From Eledone cirrhosa (Eukaryota), in NCBI GenBank assembly GCA_964016885.1, contig OZ024744.1, positions 101,122,001 through 101,186,000 on the forward strand: a stretch of DNA of 64,000 nt, read 5' to 3'. The notes below the pieces were generated by a model. That model saw nothing but the letters and a program-made list of their open reading frames with translations. It searched no databases and was not told the DNA's origin. A program made the position numbers and the translations under genes. Of this stretch, positions 41,750 through 55,900 are shown one piece after another; positions within the stretch are counted from its first letter, which is position 1, and the number at the start of each line of letters is the position of its first letter.

Positions 41750-44700
41750 GGTGTAAAGGTTAACACTAAAGTTATTGTATATAGTTCCTAATTTGGACAG
41801 AGGGTGTTGTCAGCTCACATTTGGTGTAAAGGTTAACACTAAAGTTATTGTATATAGTTCCTAATTTGGACAGAGACTGTTGTCAGCTCCCATTTGGTGT
41901 AAAGGTTAACACTAAAGTTATTGTATATAGTTCCTAATTTGCACAGAGACTGTTGTCAGCTCCCATTTGGTGTAAAGGTTAACACTAAAGTTATTGTATA
42001 TAGTTCCTAATTTGGACAGAGACTGTTATCAGCTCCCATTTGGTGTAAAGGTTAACACTAAAGTTATTGTATATAGTTCCTAATTTCGACAGGGACAGTT
42101 GTCAGTTCCCATTTGGTGTAAAGGTTAACACTAAAGTTATTGTATATAGTTCCTAATTTGGACAGGGACTGTTGTCAGCTCCCATTTGGTGTAAAGGTTA
42201 ACACTAAAGTTATTGTATATAGTTCCTAATTTGCACAGGGGTTGTTGTCAGCTCCCATTTGGTGTAAAGGTTATCACTAAAGTTATTGTGTATAGTTCCT
42301 AATTAGGACAGGGACAGTTGTCAACTCCCATTTGGTGTAAAGGTTAACACTAAAGTTATTGTATATAGTTCCTAATTTGGACAGGCACTGTTGTCAGCTC
42401 CCATTTGGTGTAAAGGTTAACACTAAAGTTATTGTATATAGTTCCTAATTTGCACAGAGACTGTTGTCAGCTCCCATTTGGTGTAAAGGTTATCACTAAA
42501 GTTATTGTATATAGTTCCTAATTTGGACAAAGACTGTTGTCAGCTCCCATCTGTTGTAAAGGTTAACACTAAAGTTAGTCTATATAGTTCCTAATTTGGA
42601 CCGTGACTGTTGTCAGCTCCCATTTGGTGTAAAGTTTAACACTAAAGTTATTGTATATAGTTCCTAATTTGGACAGGGACTGTTGTCAGCTCCCATTTGG
42701 TGTAAAGGTTAACACTAAAGTTATTGTATATAGTTCCTAATTTGGACAGAGACAATTGTCAGCTCCCATTTGGTGTAAAGGTTAACACTAAAGTTATTGT
42801 ATATATTTCCTAATTTGGACAGCGACAGTTGTCAGCTCCCATTTGGTGTAAAGGTTAACACTAAAATTATTGTATATAGTTCCTAATTTGGACAGAGACT
42901 GTTGTCAGCTCCCATTTGGTGTAAAGGTTAACACTAAAGTTATTGTATATAGTTCCTAATTTAGAGAGGGACTGTTGTCAGCTCCCATTTGGTGTAAAGT
43001 TTAACACTAAAGTTATTGTATATAGTTCCTAATTTGGACAGAGATAGTTGTCAGCTCCCATTTGGTGTAAAGGTTAACACTAAAGTTATTGTATATAGTT
43101 CCTATTTTGGACAGAGACTGTTGTCAGCTCCCATTTGGTGTAAAGGTTAACACTAAAGTTATTGTATATAGTTCCTAATTTGGACAGGGATTGTTGTCAG
43201 CTCCCATATGGTGTAAAGGTTAACACTAAAGTTATTGTATATAGTTCCTAATTTGAACAGGGACAGTTGTCAGCTCCCATTTTGTGTAAAGGTTAACACT
43301 AAAGTTATTGTATATAGTTCCTAATTTGGACAGAGACTGTTGTCAGCTCCCATTTGGTGTAAAGGTTAACACTAAAGTTATTGTATATAGTCCCTAATTT
43401 GGACAGAGACTGTTGTCAGCTCCCATTTGGTGTAAAGGTTAACACTAAAGTTATTGTATATAGTTCCTAATTTAGAGAGGGACTGTTGTCAGCTCCCATT
43501 TGGTGTAAAGGTTAACACTAAAGTTATTGTATATAGTTACTAATTTGGACAGAGACTGTTGTCAGCTCCCATTTACTGTAAAGATTAACACTAAAGTTAT
43601 TGTATATAGTTCCTAATTTGGACAGGGACTGTTGTCAGCTCCCATTTGGTGTAAAGGTTAACACTAAAGTTATTGTATATAGTTCCTAATTTGGACAGGG
43701 ACTGTTGTCAGCTCCCATTTGGTGTAAAGGTTATCACTAAAGTTATTGTATATAGTTCCTAATTTCGACAGGGACAGCTGTCAGTTCCCATTTGGTGTAA
43801 AGGTTAACACTAAAGTTATTGTATATAGTTCCTAATTTCGACAGGGACAGTTGTCAGTTCCCATTTGGTGTAAAGGTTATCACTAAAGTTATTGTATATA
43901 GTTCCTAATTTCGACAGGGACAGTTGTCAGTTCCCATTTGGTGTAAAGGTTAACACTAAAGTTATTGTATATAGTTCCTAATTTGGACAGGCACTGTTGT
44001 CAGCTCCCATTTGGTGTAAAGGTTAACACTAAAGTTATTGTATATAATTCCTAATTTGGACAGGGACTGTTGTCAGCTCCCATTTGGTGTAAAGGTTATC
44101 ACTAAAGTTATTGTATATAGTTCCTAATTTGTACAGAGACTGTTGTCAACTCCCATTTGGTGTAAAGGTTAACACTAAAGTTATTGTATATAGTTACTAA
44201 TTTGGACAGAGACTGTTGTAAGCTCCCATTTGGTGTAAAGGTTAACACTAAAGTTATTATATATAGTTCCTAACTTGGACAGAGACTGTTGTCAGCTCCC
44301 ATTTGGTGTAAAGGTTAACACTAAAGTTATTGTATATAGTCCCTAATTTGGACAGAGACTGTTGTCAGCTCCCATTTGGTGTAAAGGTTAACACTAAAGT
44401 TATTGTATATAGTTCCTAATTTAGAGAGGGACTGTTCTCAGCTCCCATTTGGTGTAAAGGTTAACACTAAAGTTATCGTATATAGTTCCTAATTTGGACA
44501 GAGACTGTTGTCAGCTCCCATTTACTGTAAAGGTTAACACTAAAGTTATTGTATATAGTTCCTAATTTGGACAGGGACTGTTGTCAACTCCCATTTGGTG
44601 TAAAGGTTAACACTAAAGTTATTGTATATAGTTCCTAATTTGGACAGAGACTGTTGTCAGCTCCCATTTGGTGTAAAGGTTAACACTAAAGTTATTGTAT

Positions 44701-47700
44701 ATAGTTCCTAATTTGGACAGAGACTGTTGTCAGCTCCCATTTGGTGTAAAGGTTAACACTAAAGTTATTGTATATAGTTCCTAATTTGGACAGAGACAGT
44801 TGTCAGCTCCCATTTGGTGTAAAGGTTAACACTAAAGTTATTGTATATAGTTCATAATTTGGACAGGGACTGTTGTCAGTTCCCATTTGGTGTAAAGGTT
44901 AACACTAAAGTTATTGTATATAGTTCCTAATTTGCACAGAGACTGTTGTCAGCTCCCATTTGGTGTAAAGGTTAACACTAAAGTTATTGTATATAGTTCC
45001 TAATTTGGACAGAGACTGTTGTCAGCTCCCATTTGGTGTAAAGGTTAACACTAAAGTTATTGTATATAGTTCCTAATTTGGACAGAGACTGTTGTCAGCT
45101 CCCATTTGATGTAAAGGTTAACACTAAAGTTATTGTATATAGTTTCTAATTTCGACAGGGACAGTTGTCAGTTCCCATTTGGTGTAAAGGTTAACACTAA
45201 AGTTATTGTATATAGTTCCTAATTTGGACAGGGACTGTTGTCAGCTCCCATTTGGTGTAAAGGTTAACACTAAAGTTATTGTATATAGTTCCTAATTTGG
45301 ACAGGGACTGTTGTCAGCTCCCATTTGGTGTAAAGGTTATCACTAAAGTTATTGTATATAGTTCCTAATTTCGACAGGGGCAGTTGTCAGTTCCCATTTG
45401 GTGTAAAGGTTATCACTAAAGTTATTGTATATAGTTCCTAATTTCGACAGGGACAGTTGTCAGTTCCCATTTGGTGTAAAGGTTAACACTAAAGTTATTG
45501 TATATAGTTCCTAATTTGGACAGGCACTGTTGTCAGCTCCCATTTGGTGTAAAGGTTAACACTAAAGTTATTGTATATAGTTCCTAATTTGGACAGGGAC
45601 TGTTGTCAGCTCCCATTTGGTGTAAAGGTTATCACTAAAGTTATTGTATATAGTTCCTAATTTGTACAGAGACTGTTGTCAGCTCCCATTTGGTGTAAAG
45701 GTTAACACTAAAGTTATTGTATATAGTTCCTAATTTGGACAGAGACTGTTGTCAGCTCCCATTCGGTGTAAAGGTTAACACTAAAGTTATTGTATATAGT
45801 TCCTAATTTGGACAGGGACTGTTGTCAGCTCCCATTTGGTGTAAACGTTATCACTAAAGTTATTGTATATAGTTCCTAATTTCGACAGGGACAGTTGTCA
45901 GTTCCCATTTGGTGTAAAGGTTAACACTAAAGTTATTGTATATAGTTCCTAATTTCGACAGGGACAGTTGTCAGTTCCCATTTGGTGTAAAGGTTATCAC
46001 TAAAGTTATTGTATATAGTTCCTAATTTGGACAGGGACTGTTGTCAGCTCCCATTTGGTGTAAAGGTTATCACTAAAGTTCTTGTATATAGTTCCTAATT
46101 TGTACAGAGACTGTTATCAGCTCCCATTTGGTGTAAAGGTTAACACTAAAGTTATTGTATATAGTTCCTAATTTGGACAGAGACTGTTGTCAGCTCCCAT
46201 TCGGTGTAAAGGTTAACACTAAAGTTATTGTATATAGTTCCTAATTTGGACAGGGACTGTTGTCAGCTCCCATTTGGTGTAAAGGTTATCACTAAAGTTA
46301 TTGTATATAGTTCCTAATTTCGACAGGGACAGTTGTCAGTTCCCATTTGGTGTAAAGGTTAACACTAAAGTTATTGTATATAGTTCCTAATTTCGACAGG
46401 GACAGTTGTCAGTTCCCATTTGGTGTAAAGGTTATCACTAAAGTTATTGTATATAGTTCCTAATTTCGACAGGGACAGTTGTCAGTTCCCATTTGGTGTA
46501 AAGGTTAACACTAAAGTTATTGTATATAGTTCCTAATTTGGACAGGCACTGTTGTCAGCTCCCATTTGGTGTAAAGGTTAACACTAAAGTTATTGTATAT
46601 AGTTCCTAATTTGGACAGGGACTGTTGTCAGCTCCCATTTGGTGTAAAGGTTATCACTAAAGTTATTGTATATAGTTCCTAATTTGTACAGAGACTGTTG
46701 TCAGCTCCCATTTGGTGTAAAGGTTAACACTAAAGTTATTGTATATAGTTCCTAATTTGGACAGAGACTGTTATCAGCTCCCATTTGGTGTAAAGGTTAA
46801 AACTATAGTTATTGTATATAGTTCCTAATTTGGACAGAGACTGTTGTCAGCTCCCATTTGGTGTAAAGGTTAACACTAAAGTTATCGTACATAGTTCCTA
46901 ATTTGGACAGAGACAGTTGTCAGCTCCCATTTGGTGTAAAGGTTAACACTAAAGTTATTGTATATAGTTACTAATTTGGACAGAGAGTGTTGTCAGCTCC
47001 CATTTGGTGTAAAGGTTAACACTAAAGTTATTATATATAGTTCCTAATTTGGACAGGCACTGTTGTCAGCTCCCATTTGGTGTAAAGTTTAACACTAAAG
47101 TTATTGTATATAGTTCCTAATTTGGACAGAGACTGTTGTCAGCTCCCATTTGGTGTAAAGGTTAACACTAAAGTTATTGTATATAGTTCCTAATTTGCAC
47201 AGAGACTGTTGTCAGCTCCCATTTGGTGTAAAGGTTAACACTAAAGTTATTGTATATAGTCCCTAATTTCGACAGGGACAGTTGTCAGTTCCCATTTGGT
47301 GTAAAGGTTAACACTAAAGTTATTGTACATAGTTCCTATTTTGGACAGAGACTGTTGTCAGCTTCCATTTGGAATAAAGGTTAACACTAAAGTTATTGTA
47401 TATAGTCCCTAATTTGGACAGGGACTGTTGTCAGCTCCCATTTGGTGTAAAGGTTATCACTAAAGTTATTGTGTATAGTTCCTAATTTGGACAGGGACAG
47501 TTGTCAACTCCCATTTGGTGTAAAGGTTAACACTAAAGTTATTGTATATAGTTCCTAATTTGGACAGAGGGTGTTGTCAGCTCACATTTGGTGTAAAGGT
47601 TAACACTAAAGTTATTGTATATAGTTCCTAATTTGGACAGAGACTGTTGTCAGCTCCCATTTGGTGTAAAGGTTAACACTAAAGTTATTGTATATAGTTC

Positions 47701-50700
47701 CTAATTTGCACAGAGACTGTTGTCAGCTCCCATTTGGTGTAAAGGTTAACACTAAAGTTATTGTATATAGTTCCTAATTTGGACAGAGACTGTTATCAGC
47801 TCCCATTTGGTGTAAAGGTTAACACTAAAGTTATTGTATATAGTTCCTAATTTCGACAGGGACAGTTGTCAGTTCCCATTTGGTGTAAAGGTTAACACTA
47901 AAGTTATTGTACATAGTTCCTAATTTGGACAGGGACTGTTGTCAGCTCCCATTTGGTGTAAAGGTTATCACTAAAGTTATTGTGTATAGTTCCTAATTTG
48001 GACAGGGACAGTTGTCAACTCCCATTTGGTGTAAAGGTTAACACTAAAGTTATTGTATATAGTTCCTAATTTGGACAGGCACTGTTGTCAGCTCCCATTT
48101 GGTGTAAAGGTTAACACTAAAGTTATTGTATATAGTTCCTAATTTGCACAGAGACTGTTGTCAGCTCCCATTTGGTGTAAAGGTTATCACTAAAGTTATT
48201 GTATATAGTTCCTAATTTGGACAAAGACTGTTGTCAGCTCCCATCTGTTGTAAAGGTTAACACTAAAGTTAGTCTATATAGTTCCTAATTTGGACCGTGA
48301 CTGTTGTCAGCTCCCATTTGGTGTAAAGTTTAACACTAAAGTTATTGTATATAGTTCCTAATTTGGACAGGGACTGTTGTCAGCTCCCATTTGGTGTAAA
48401 GGTTAACACTAAAGTTATTGTATATAGTTCCTAATTTGGACAGAGACAATTGTCAGCTCCCATTTGGTGTAAAGGTTAACACTAAAGTTATTGTATATAT
48501 TTCCTAATTTGGACAGCGACAGTTGTCAGCTCCCATTTGGTGTAAAGGTTAACACTAAAATTATTGTATATAGTTCCTAATTTGGACAGAGACTGTTGTC
48601 AGCTCCCATTTGGTGTAAAGGTTAACACTAAAGTTATTGTATATAGTTCCTAATTTGGACAGGCACTATTATCAGCTCCCATTTGGTGTAAAGGTTAACA
48701 CTAAAGTTATTGTATGTAGTTCCTAATTTGGACAGAGATAGTTGTCAGCTCCCATTTGGTGTAAAGGTTAACACTAAAGTTATTGTATATAGTTCCTATT
48801 TTGGACAGAGACTGTTGTCAGCTCCCATTTGGTGTAAAGGTTAACACTAAAGTTATTGTATATAGTTCCTAATTTGGACAGGGATTGTTGCCAGCTCCCA
48901 TATGGTGTAAAGGTTAACACTAAAGTTATTGTATATAGTTCCTAATTTGAACAGGGACAGTTGTCAGCTCCCATTTTGTGTAAAGGTTAACACTAAAGTT
49001 ATTGTATATAGTTCCTAATTTGGACAGAGACTGTTGTCAGCTCCCATTTGGTGTAAAGGTTAACACTAAAGTTATTGTATATAGTCCCTAATTTGGACAG
49101 AGACTGTTGTCAGCTCCCATTTGGTGTAAAGGTTAACACTAAAGTTATTGTATATAGTTCCTAATTTAGAGAGGGACTGTTGTCAGCTCCCATTTGGTGT
49201 AAAGGTTAACACTAAAGTTATTGTATATAGTTACTGATTTGGACAGGGGTTGTTGTCAGCTCCCATTTGGTGTAAAGGTTAACACTAAAGTTATTGTATA
49301 TAGTTCCTAATTTGGACAGAGACTGTTGTCAGCTCCCATTTGGTGTAAAGGTTAACACTAAAGTTATTGTATATAGTTCCTAATTTGGACAGAGACTGTT
49401 GTCAGCTCCCATTTGATGTAAAGGTTAACACTAAAGTTATTGTATATAGTTCCTAATTTCGACAGGGACAGTTGTCAGTTCCCATTTGGTGTAAAGGTTA
49501 ACACTAAAGTTATTGTATATAGTTCCTAATTTGGACAGGGACTGTTGTCAGCTCCCATTTGGTGTAAAGGTTAACACTAAAGTTATTGTATATAGTTCCT
49601 AATTTGGACAGGGACTGTTGTCAGCTCCCATTTGGTGTAAAGGTTATCACTAAAGTTATTGTATATAGTTCCTAATTTCGACAGGGACAGTTGTCAGTTC
49701 CCATTTGGTGTAAAGGTTAACACTAAAGTTATTGTATATAGTTCCTAATTTCGACAGGGACAGTTGTCAGTTCCCATTTGGTGTAAAGGTTATCACTAAA
49801 GTTATTGTATATAGTTCCTAATTTCGACAGGGACAGTTGTCAGTTCCCATTTGGTGTAAAGGTTAACACTAAAGTTATTGTATATAGTTCCTAATTTGAA
49901 CAGGCACTGTTGTCAGCTCCCATTTGGTGTAAAGGTTAACACTAAAGTTATTGTATATAATTCCTAATTTGGACAGGGACTGTTGTCAGCTCCCATTTGG
50001 TGTAAAGGTTATCACTAAAGTTATTGTATATAGTTCCTAATTTGTACAGAGACTGTTGTCAACTCCCATTTGGTGTAAAGGTTAACACTAAAGTTATTGT
50101 ATATAGTTACTAATTTGGACAGAGACTGTTGTAAGCTCCCATTTGGTGTAAAGGTTAACACTAAAGTTATTATATATAGTTCCTAACTTGGACAGAGACT
50201 GTTGTCAGCTCCCATTTGGTGTAAAGGTTAACACTAAAGTTATTGTATATAGTCCCTAATTTGGACAGAGACTGTTGTCAGCTCCCATTTGGTGTAAAGG
50301 TTAACACTAAAGTTATTGTATATAGTTCCTAATTTAGAGAGGGACTGTTCTCAGCTCCCATTTGGTGTAAAGGTTAACACTAAAGTTATCGTATATAGTT
50401 CCTAATTTGGACAGAGACTGTTGTCAGCTCCCATTTACTGTAAAGGTTAACACTAAAGTTATTGTATATAGTTCCTAATTTGGACAGGGACTGTTGTCAA
50501 CTCCCATTTGGTGTAAAGGTTAACACTAAAGTTATTGTATATAGTTCCTAATTTGGACAGAGACTGTTGTCAGCTCCCATTTGGTGTAAAGGTTAACACT
50601 AAAGTTATTGTATATAGTTCCTAATTTGGACAGAGACTGTTGTCAGCTCCCATTTGGTGTAAAGGTTAACACTAAAGTTATTGTATATAGTTCCTAATTT

Positions 50701-52900
50701 GGACAGAGACAGTTGTCAGCTCCCATTTGGTGTAAAGGTTAACACTAAAGTTATTGTATATAGTTCATAATTTGGACAGGGACTGTTGTCAGTTCCCATT
50801 TGGTGTAAAGGTTAACACTAAAGTTATTGTATATAGTTCCTAATTTGCACAGAGACTGTTGTCAGCTCCCATTTGGTGTAAAGGTTAACACTAAAGTTAT
50901 TGTATATAGTTCCTAATTTGGACAGAGACTGTTGTCAGCTCCCATTTGGTGTAAAGGTTAACACTAAAGTTATTGTATATAGTTCCTAATTTGGACAGAG
51001 ACTGTTGTCAGCTCCCATTTGATGTAAAGGTTAACACTAAAGTTATTGTATATAGTTTCTAATTTCGACAGGGACAGTTGTCAGTTCCCATTTGGTGTAA
51101 AGGTTAACACTAAAGTTATTGTATATAGTTCCTAATTTGGACAGGGACTGTTGTCAGCTCCCATTTGGTGTAAAGGTTAACACTAAAGTTATTGTATATA
51201 GTTCCTAATTTGGACAGGGACTGTTGTCAGCTCCCATTTGGTGTAAAGGTTATCACTAAAGTTATTGTATATAGTTCCTAATTTCGACAGGGGCAGTTGT
51301 CAGTTCCCATTTGGTGTAAAGGTTATCACTAAAGTTATTGTATATAGTTCCTAATTTCGACAGGGACAGTTGTCAGTTCCCATTTGGTGTAAAGGTTAAC
51401 ACTAAAGTTATTGTATATAGTTCCTAATTTGGACAGGCACTGTTGTCAGCTCCCATTTGGTGTAAAGGTTAACACTAAAGTTATTGTATATAGTTCCTAA
51501 TTTGGACAGGGACAGTTGTCAGCTCCCATTTGGTGTAAAGGTTATCACTAAAGTTATTGTATATAGTTCCTAATTTGTACAGAGACTGTTGTCAGCTCCC
51601 ATTTGGTGTAAAGGTTAACACTAAAGTTATTGTATATAGTTCCTAATTTGGACAGAGACTGTTGTCAGCTCCCATTCGGTGTAAAGGTTAACACTAAAGT
51701 TATTGTATATAGTTCCTAATTTGGACAGGGACTGTTGTCAGCTCCCATTTGGTGTAAAGGTTAACACTAAAGTTATTGTATATAGTTCCTAATTTGTACA
51801 GAGACTGTTATCAGCTCCCATTTGGTGTAAAGGTTAACACTAAAGTTATTGTATATAGTTCCTAATTTGGACAGAGACTGTTGTCAGCTCCCATTCGGTG
51901 TAAAGGTTAACACTAAAGTTATTGTATATAGTTCCTAATTTGGACAGGGACTGTTGTCAGCTCCCATTTGGTGTAAAGGTTATCACTAAAGTTATTGTAT
52001 ATAGTTCCTAATTTGGACAGAGACTGTTGTCAGTTCCCATTCGGTGTAAAGGTTAACACTAAAGTTATTGTATATAGTTCCTAATTTGGACAGAGACTGT
52101 TGTCAGCTCCCATTTGGTGTAAAGGTTAACACTAAAGTTATTGTATATAGTTCCTAATTTGGACAGAGACTGTTGTCAGCTCCCATTCGGTGTAAAGGTT
52201 AACACTAAAGTTATTGTATATAGTTCCTAATTTGGACAGAGACTGTTGTCAGCTCCCATTCGGTGTAAAGGTTAACACTAAAGTTATTGTATATAGTTCC
52301 TAATTTGGACAGGGACTGTTGTCAGCTCCCATTTGGTGTAAAGGTTATCACTAAAGTTATTGTATATAGTTCCTAATTTCGACAGGGACAGTTGTCAGTT
52401 CCCATTTGGTGTAAAGGTTAACACTAAAGTTATTGTATATAGTTCCTAATTTCGACAGGGACAGTTGTCAGTTCCCATTTGGTGTAAAGGTTATCACTAA
52501 AGTTATTGTATATAGTTCCTAATTTCGACAGGGACAGTTGTCAGTTCCCATTTGGTGTAAAGGTTAACACTAAAGTTATTGTATATAGTTCCTAATTTGG
52601 ACAGGCACTGTTGTCAGCTCCCATTTGGTGTAAAGGTTAACACTAAAGTTATTGTATATAGTTCCTAATTTGGACAGGGACTGTTGTCAGCTCCCATTTG
52701 GTGTAAAGGTTATCACTAAAGTTATTGTATATAGTTCCTAATTTGTACAGAGACTGTTGTCAGCTCCCATTTGGTGTAAAGGTTAACACTAAAGTTATTG
52801 TATATAGTTCCTAATTTGGACAGAGACTGTTATCAGCTCCCATTTGGTGTAAAGGTTAAAACTATAGTTATTGTATATAGTTCCTAATTTGGACAGAGAC
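41750..52900. repeat. Older ~5.7-6.1 kb block duplication (78-83 monomers)
   Basis: CCATCTGTTG...GGACCGTGAC at 42547/48241 (5694 = 78x73). TATATAATTC at 44041/49954 and GACTGTTGTAAG at 44211/50124 (5913 = 81x73). AACTATAG at 46801/52860 (6059 = 83x73). Confidence 0.88.
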
Positions 52901-55900
52901 TGTTGTCAGCTCCCATTTGGTGTAAAGGTTATCACTAAAGTTATTGTATATAGTTCCTAATTTGTACAGAGACTGTTGTCAGCTCCCATTTGGTGTAAAG
53001 GTTAACACTAAAGTTATTGTATATAGTTCCTAATTTGGACAGAGACTGTTGTCAGCTCCCATTTGGTGTAAAGGTTAACACTAAAGTTATCGTACATAGT
53101 TCCTAATTTGGACAGGGACTGTTGTCAGCTCCCATTTGGTGTAAAGGTTATCACTAAAGTTATTGTATATAGTTCCTAATTTGGACAGGGACTGTTGTCA
53201 GCTCCCATTTGGTGTAAAGGTTATCACTAAAGTTATTGTATATAGTTCCTTATTTGTACAGAGACTGTTGTCAGCTCCCATTTGGTGTATAGGTTAACAC
53301 TAAAGTTATTGTATATAGTTCCTAATTTGGACAGGGACTGTTGTCAGCTCCCATTTGGTGTAAAGGTTAACACTAAAGTTATTGTATATAGTTCCTAATT
53401 TGGACAGGGACTGTTGTCAGCTCCCATTTGGTGTATAGGTTAACACTAAAGTTATTGTATATAGTTCCTAATTTGGACAGGGACTGTTGTCAGCTCCCAT
53501 TTGGTGTATAGGTTAACACTAAAGTTATTGTATATAGTTCCTAATTTGGACAGAGACTGTTGTCAGCTCCCATTTGGTGTATAGGTTAACACTAAAGTTA
53601 TTGTATATAGTTCCTAATTTGGACAGGGACTGTTGTCAGCTCCCATTTGGTGTATAGGTTAACACTAAAGTTATTGTATATAGTTCCTAATTTGGACAGG
53701 GACTGTTGTCAGCTCCCATTTGGTGTAAAGGTTAACACTAAAGTTATTGTATATAGTCCCTAATTTTGACAGGGACAGTTGTCAGTTCCCATTTGGTGTA
53801 AAGGTTAACACTAAAGTTATTGTATAGTTCCTAATTTGGACAGGGACTGTTGTCAGCTCCCATTTGGTGTAAAGGTTAACACTAAAGTTATTGTATATAG
53901 TTCCTAATTTGGACAGGGACTGTTGTCAGCTCCCATTTGGTGTAAAGTTTAACACTAAAGTTATTGTATATAGTTCCTAATTTGGACAGAGACTGTTGTC
54001 AACTCCCATTTGGTGTAAAGGTTAACACTAAAGTTATTGTATATAGTTCCTAATTTGGACAGAGACTGTTGTCAGCTCCCATTTGGTGTAAAGGTTAACA
54101 CTAAAGTTATTGTATATAGTTCCTAGTTTGGACAGGGACTGTTGTCAGCTCACATTTGGTGTAAAGGTTAACACTAAAGTTATTGTATATAGTTCCTAAT
54201 TTGGACAGAGACTGTTGTCAGCTCACATTTGGTGTAAAGGTTAACACTAAAGTTATTGTATATAGTTCCTAATTTGGACAGGGACTGTTGTCAGCTCCCA
54301 TTTGGTGTAAAGGTTAACACTAAAGTTATTGTATATAGTTCCTAATTTTGACAGGGACTGTTGTCAGCTCCCATTTGGTGTAAAGGTTAACACTAAAGTT
54401 ATTGTATATAGTTCCTAATTTGGACAGGGACTGTTGTCAGCTCCCATTTGGTGTAAAGGTTATCACTAAAGTTATTGTATATAGTTCCTAATTTCGACAG
54501 GGACAGTTGTCAGTTCCCATTTGGTGTAAAGGTTAACACTAAAGCTATTATATATAGTTCCTAATTTGGACAGAGATTGTTGTCAGTTCCCATTTGATGT
54601 AAAGGTTAACACTAAAGTTATTGTATATAGTTCCTAATTTCGACAGGGACAGTTGTCAGTTCCCATTTGGTGTAAAGGTTATCACTAAAGTTATTGTATA
54701 TAGTTCCTAATTTGGACAGGGACTGTTGTCAGTTCCCATTTGGTGTAAAGTTTAACACTAAAGTTATTGTATATAGTTCCTAATTTGGACAGGGACTGTT
54801 GTCAGCTCCCATTTGGTGTAAAGGTTAACACTAAAGTTATTGTATATAGTCCCTAATTTGGACAGGGACTGTTGTCAGCTCCCATTTGGTGTAAAGGTTA
54901 ACACTAAAGTTATTGTATATAGTTCCTAATTTAGACAGGCACTGTTGTCAGCTCCCATTTGGTGTAAAGGTTAACACTAAAGTTATTGTATATAGTTCCT
55001 AATTTGGACAGAGACTGTTGTCAGCTCCCATTTGGTGTAAAGGTTATCACTAAAGTTATTGTATATAGTTCCAATTTGGACAGAGACTGTTATCAGCTCC
55101 CATTTGGTGTAAAGGTTAACACTAAAGTTATTGTATATAGTTCCTAATTTGGACAGAGACTGTTGTCAGCTCCCATTCGGTGTAAAGGTTAACACTAAAG
55201 TTATTGTATATAGTTCCTAATTTGGACAGGGACTGTTGTCAGCTCCCATTTGGTGTAAAGGTTATCACTAAAGTTATTGTATATAGTTCCTAATTTCGAC
55301 AGGGACAGTTGTCAGTTCCCATTTGGTGTAAAGGTTAACACTAAAGTTATTGTATATAGTTCCTAATTTCGACAGGGACAGTTGTCAGTTCCCATTTGGT
55401 GTAAAGGTTATCACTAAAGTTATTGTATATAGTTCCTAATTTGGACAGAGACTGTTGTCAGCTCCCATTCGGTGTAAAGGTTAACACTAAAGTTATTGTA
55501 TATAGTTCCTAATTTGGACAGGGACTGTTGTCAGCTCCCATTTGGTGTAAAGGTTAACACTAAAGTTATTGTATAGAGTTCCTAATTTGGACAGAGACTG
55601 TTGTCAGCTCCCATTCGGTGTAAAGGTTAACACTAAAGTTATTGTATATAGTTCCTAATTTGGACAGGGACTGTTGTCAGCTCCCATTTGGTGTAAAGGT
55701 TATCACTAAAGTTATTGTATATAGTTCCTAATTTCGACAGGGACAGTTGTCAGTTCCCATTTGGTGTAAAGGTTAACACTAAAGTTATTGTATATAGTTC
55801 CTAATTTCGACAGGGACAGTTGTCAGTTCCCATTTGGTGTAAAGGTTATCACTAAAGTTATTGTATATAGTTCCTAATTTCGACAGGGACAGTTGTCAGT

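Noticed and set aside
45761-45780. CENP-B box in the TTCG-containing variants
   Set aside because: TTCGGTGTAAAGGTT and TTCGACAGGGACAGT match only about 6 of the 9 essential bases of TTCGNNNNANNCGGG, and the CGGG half is missing.
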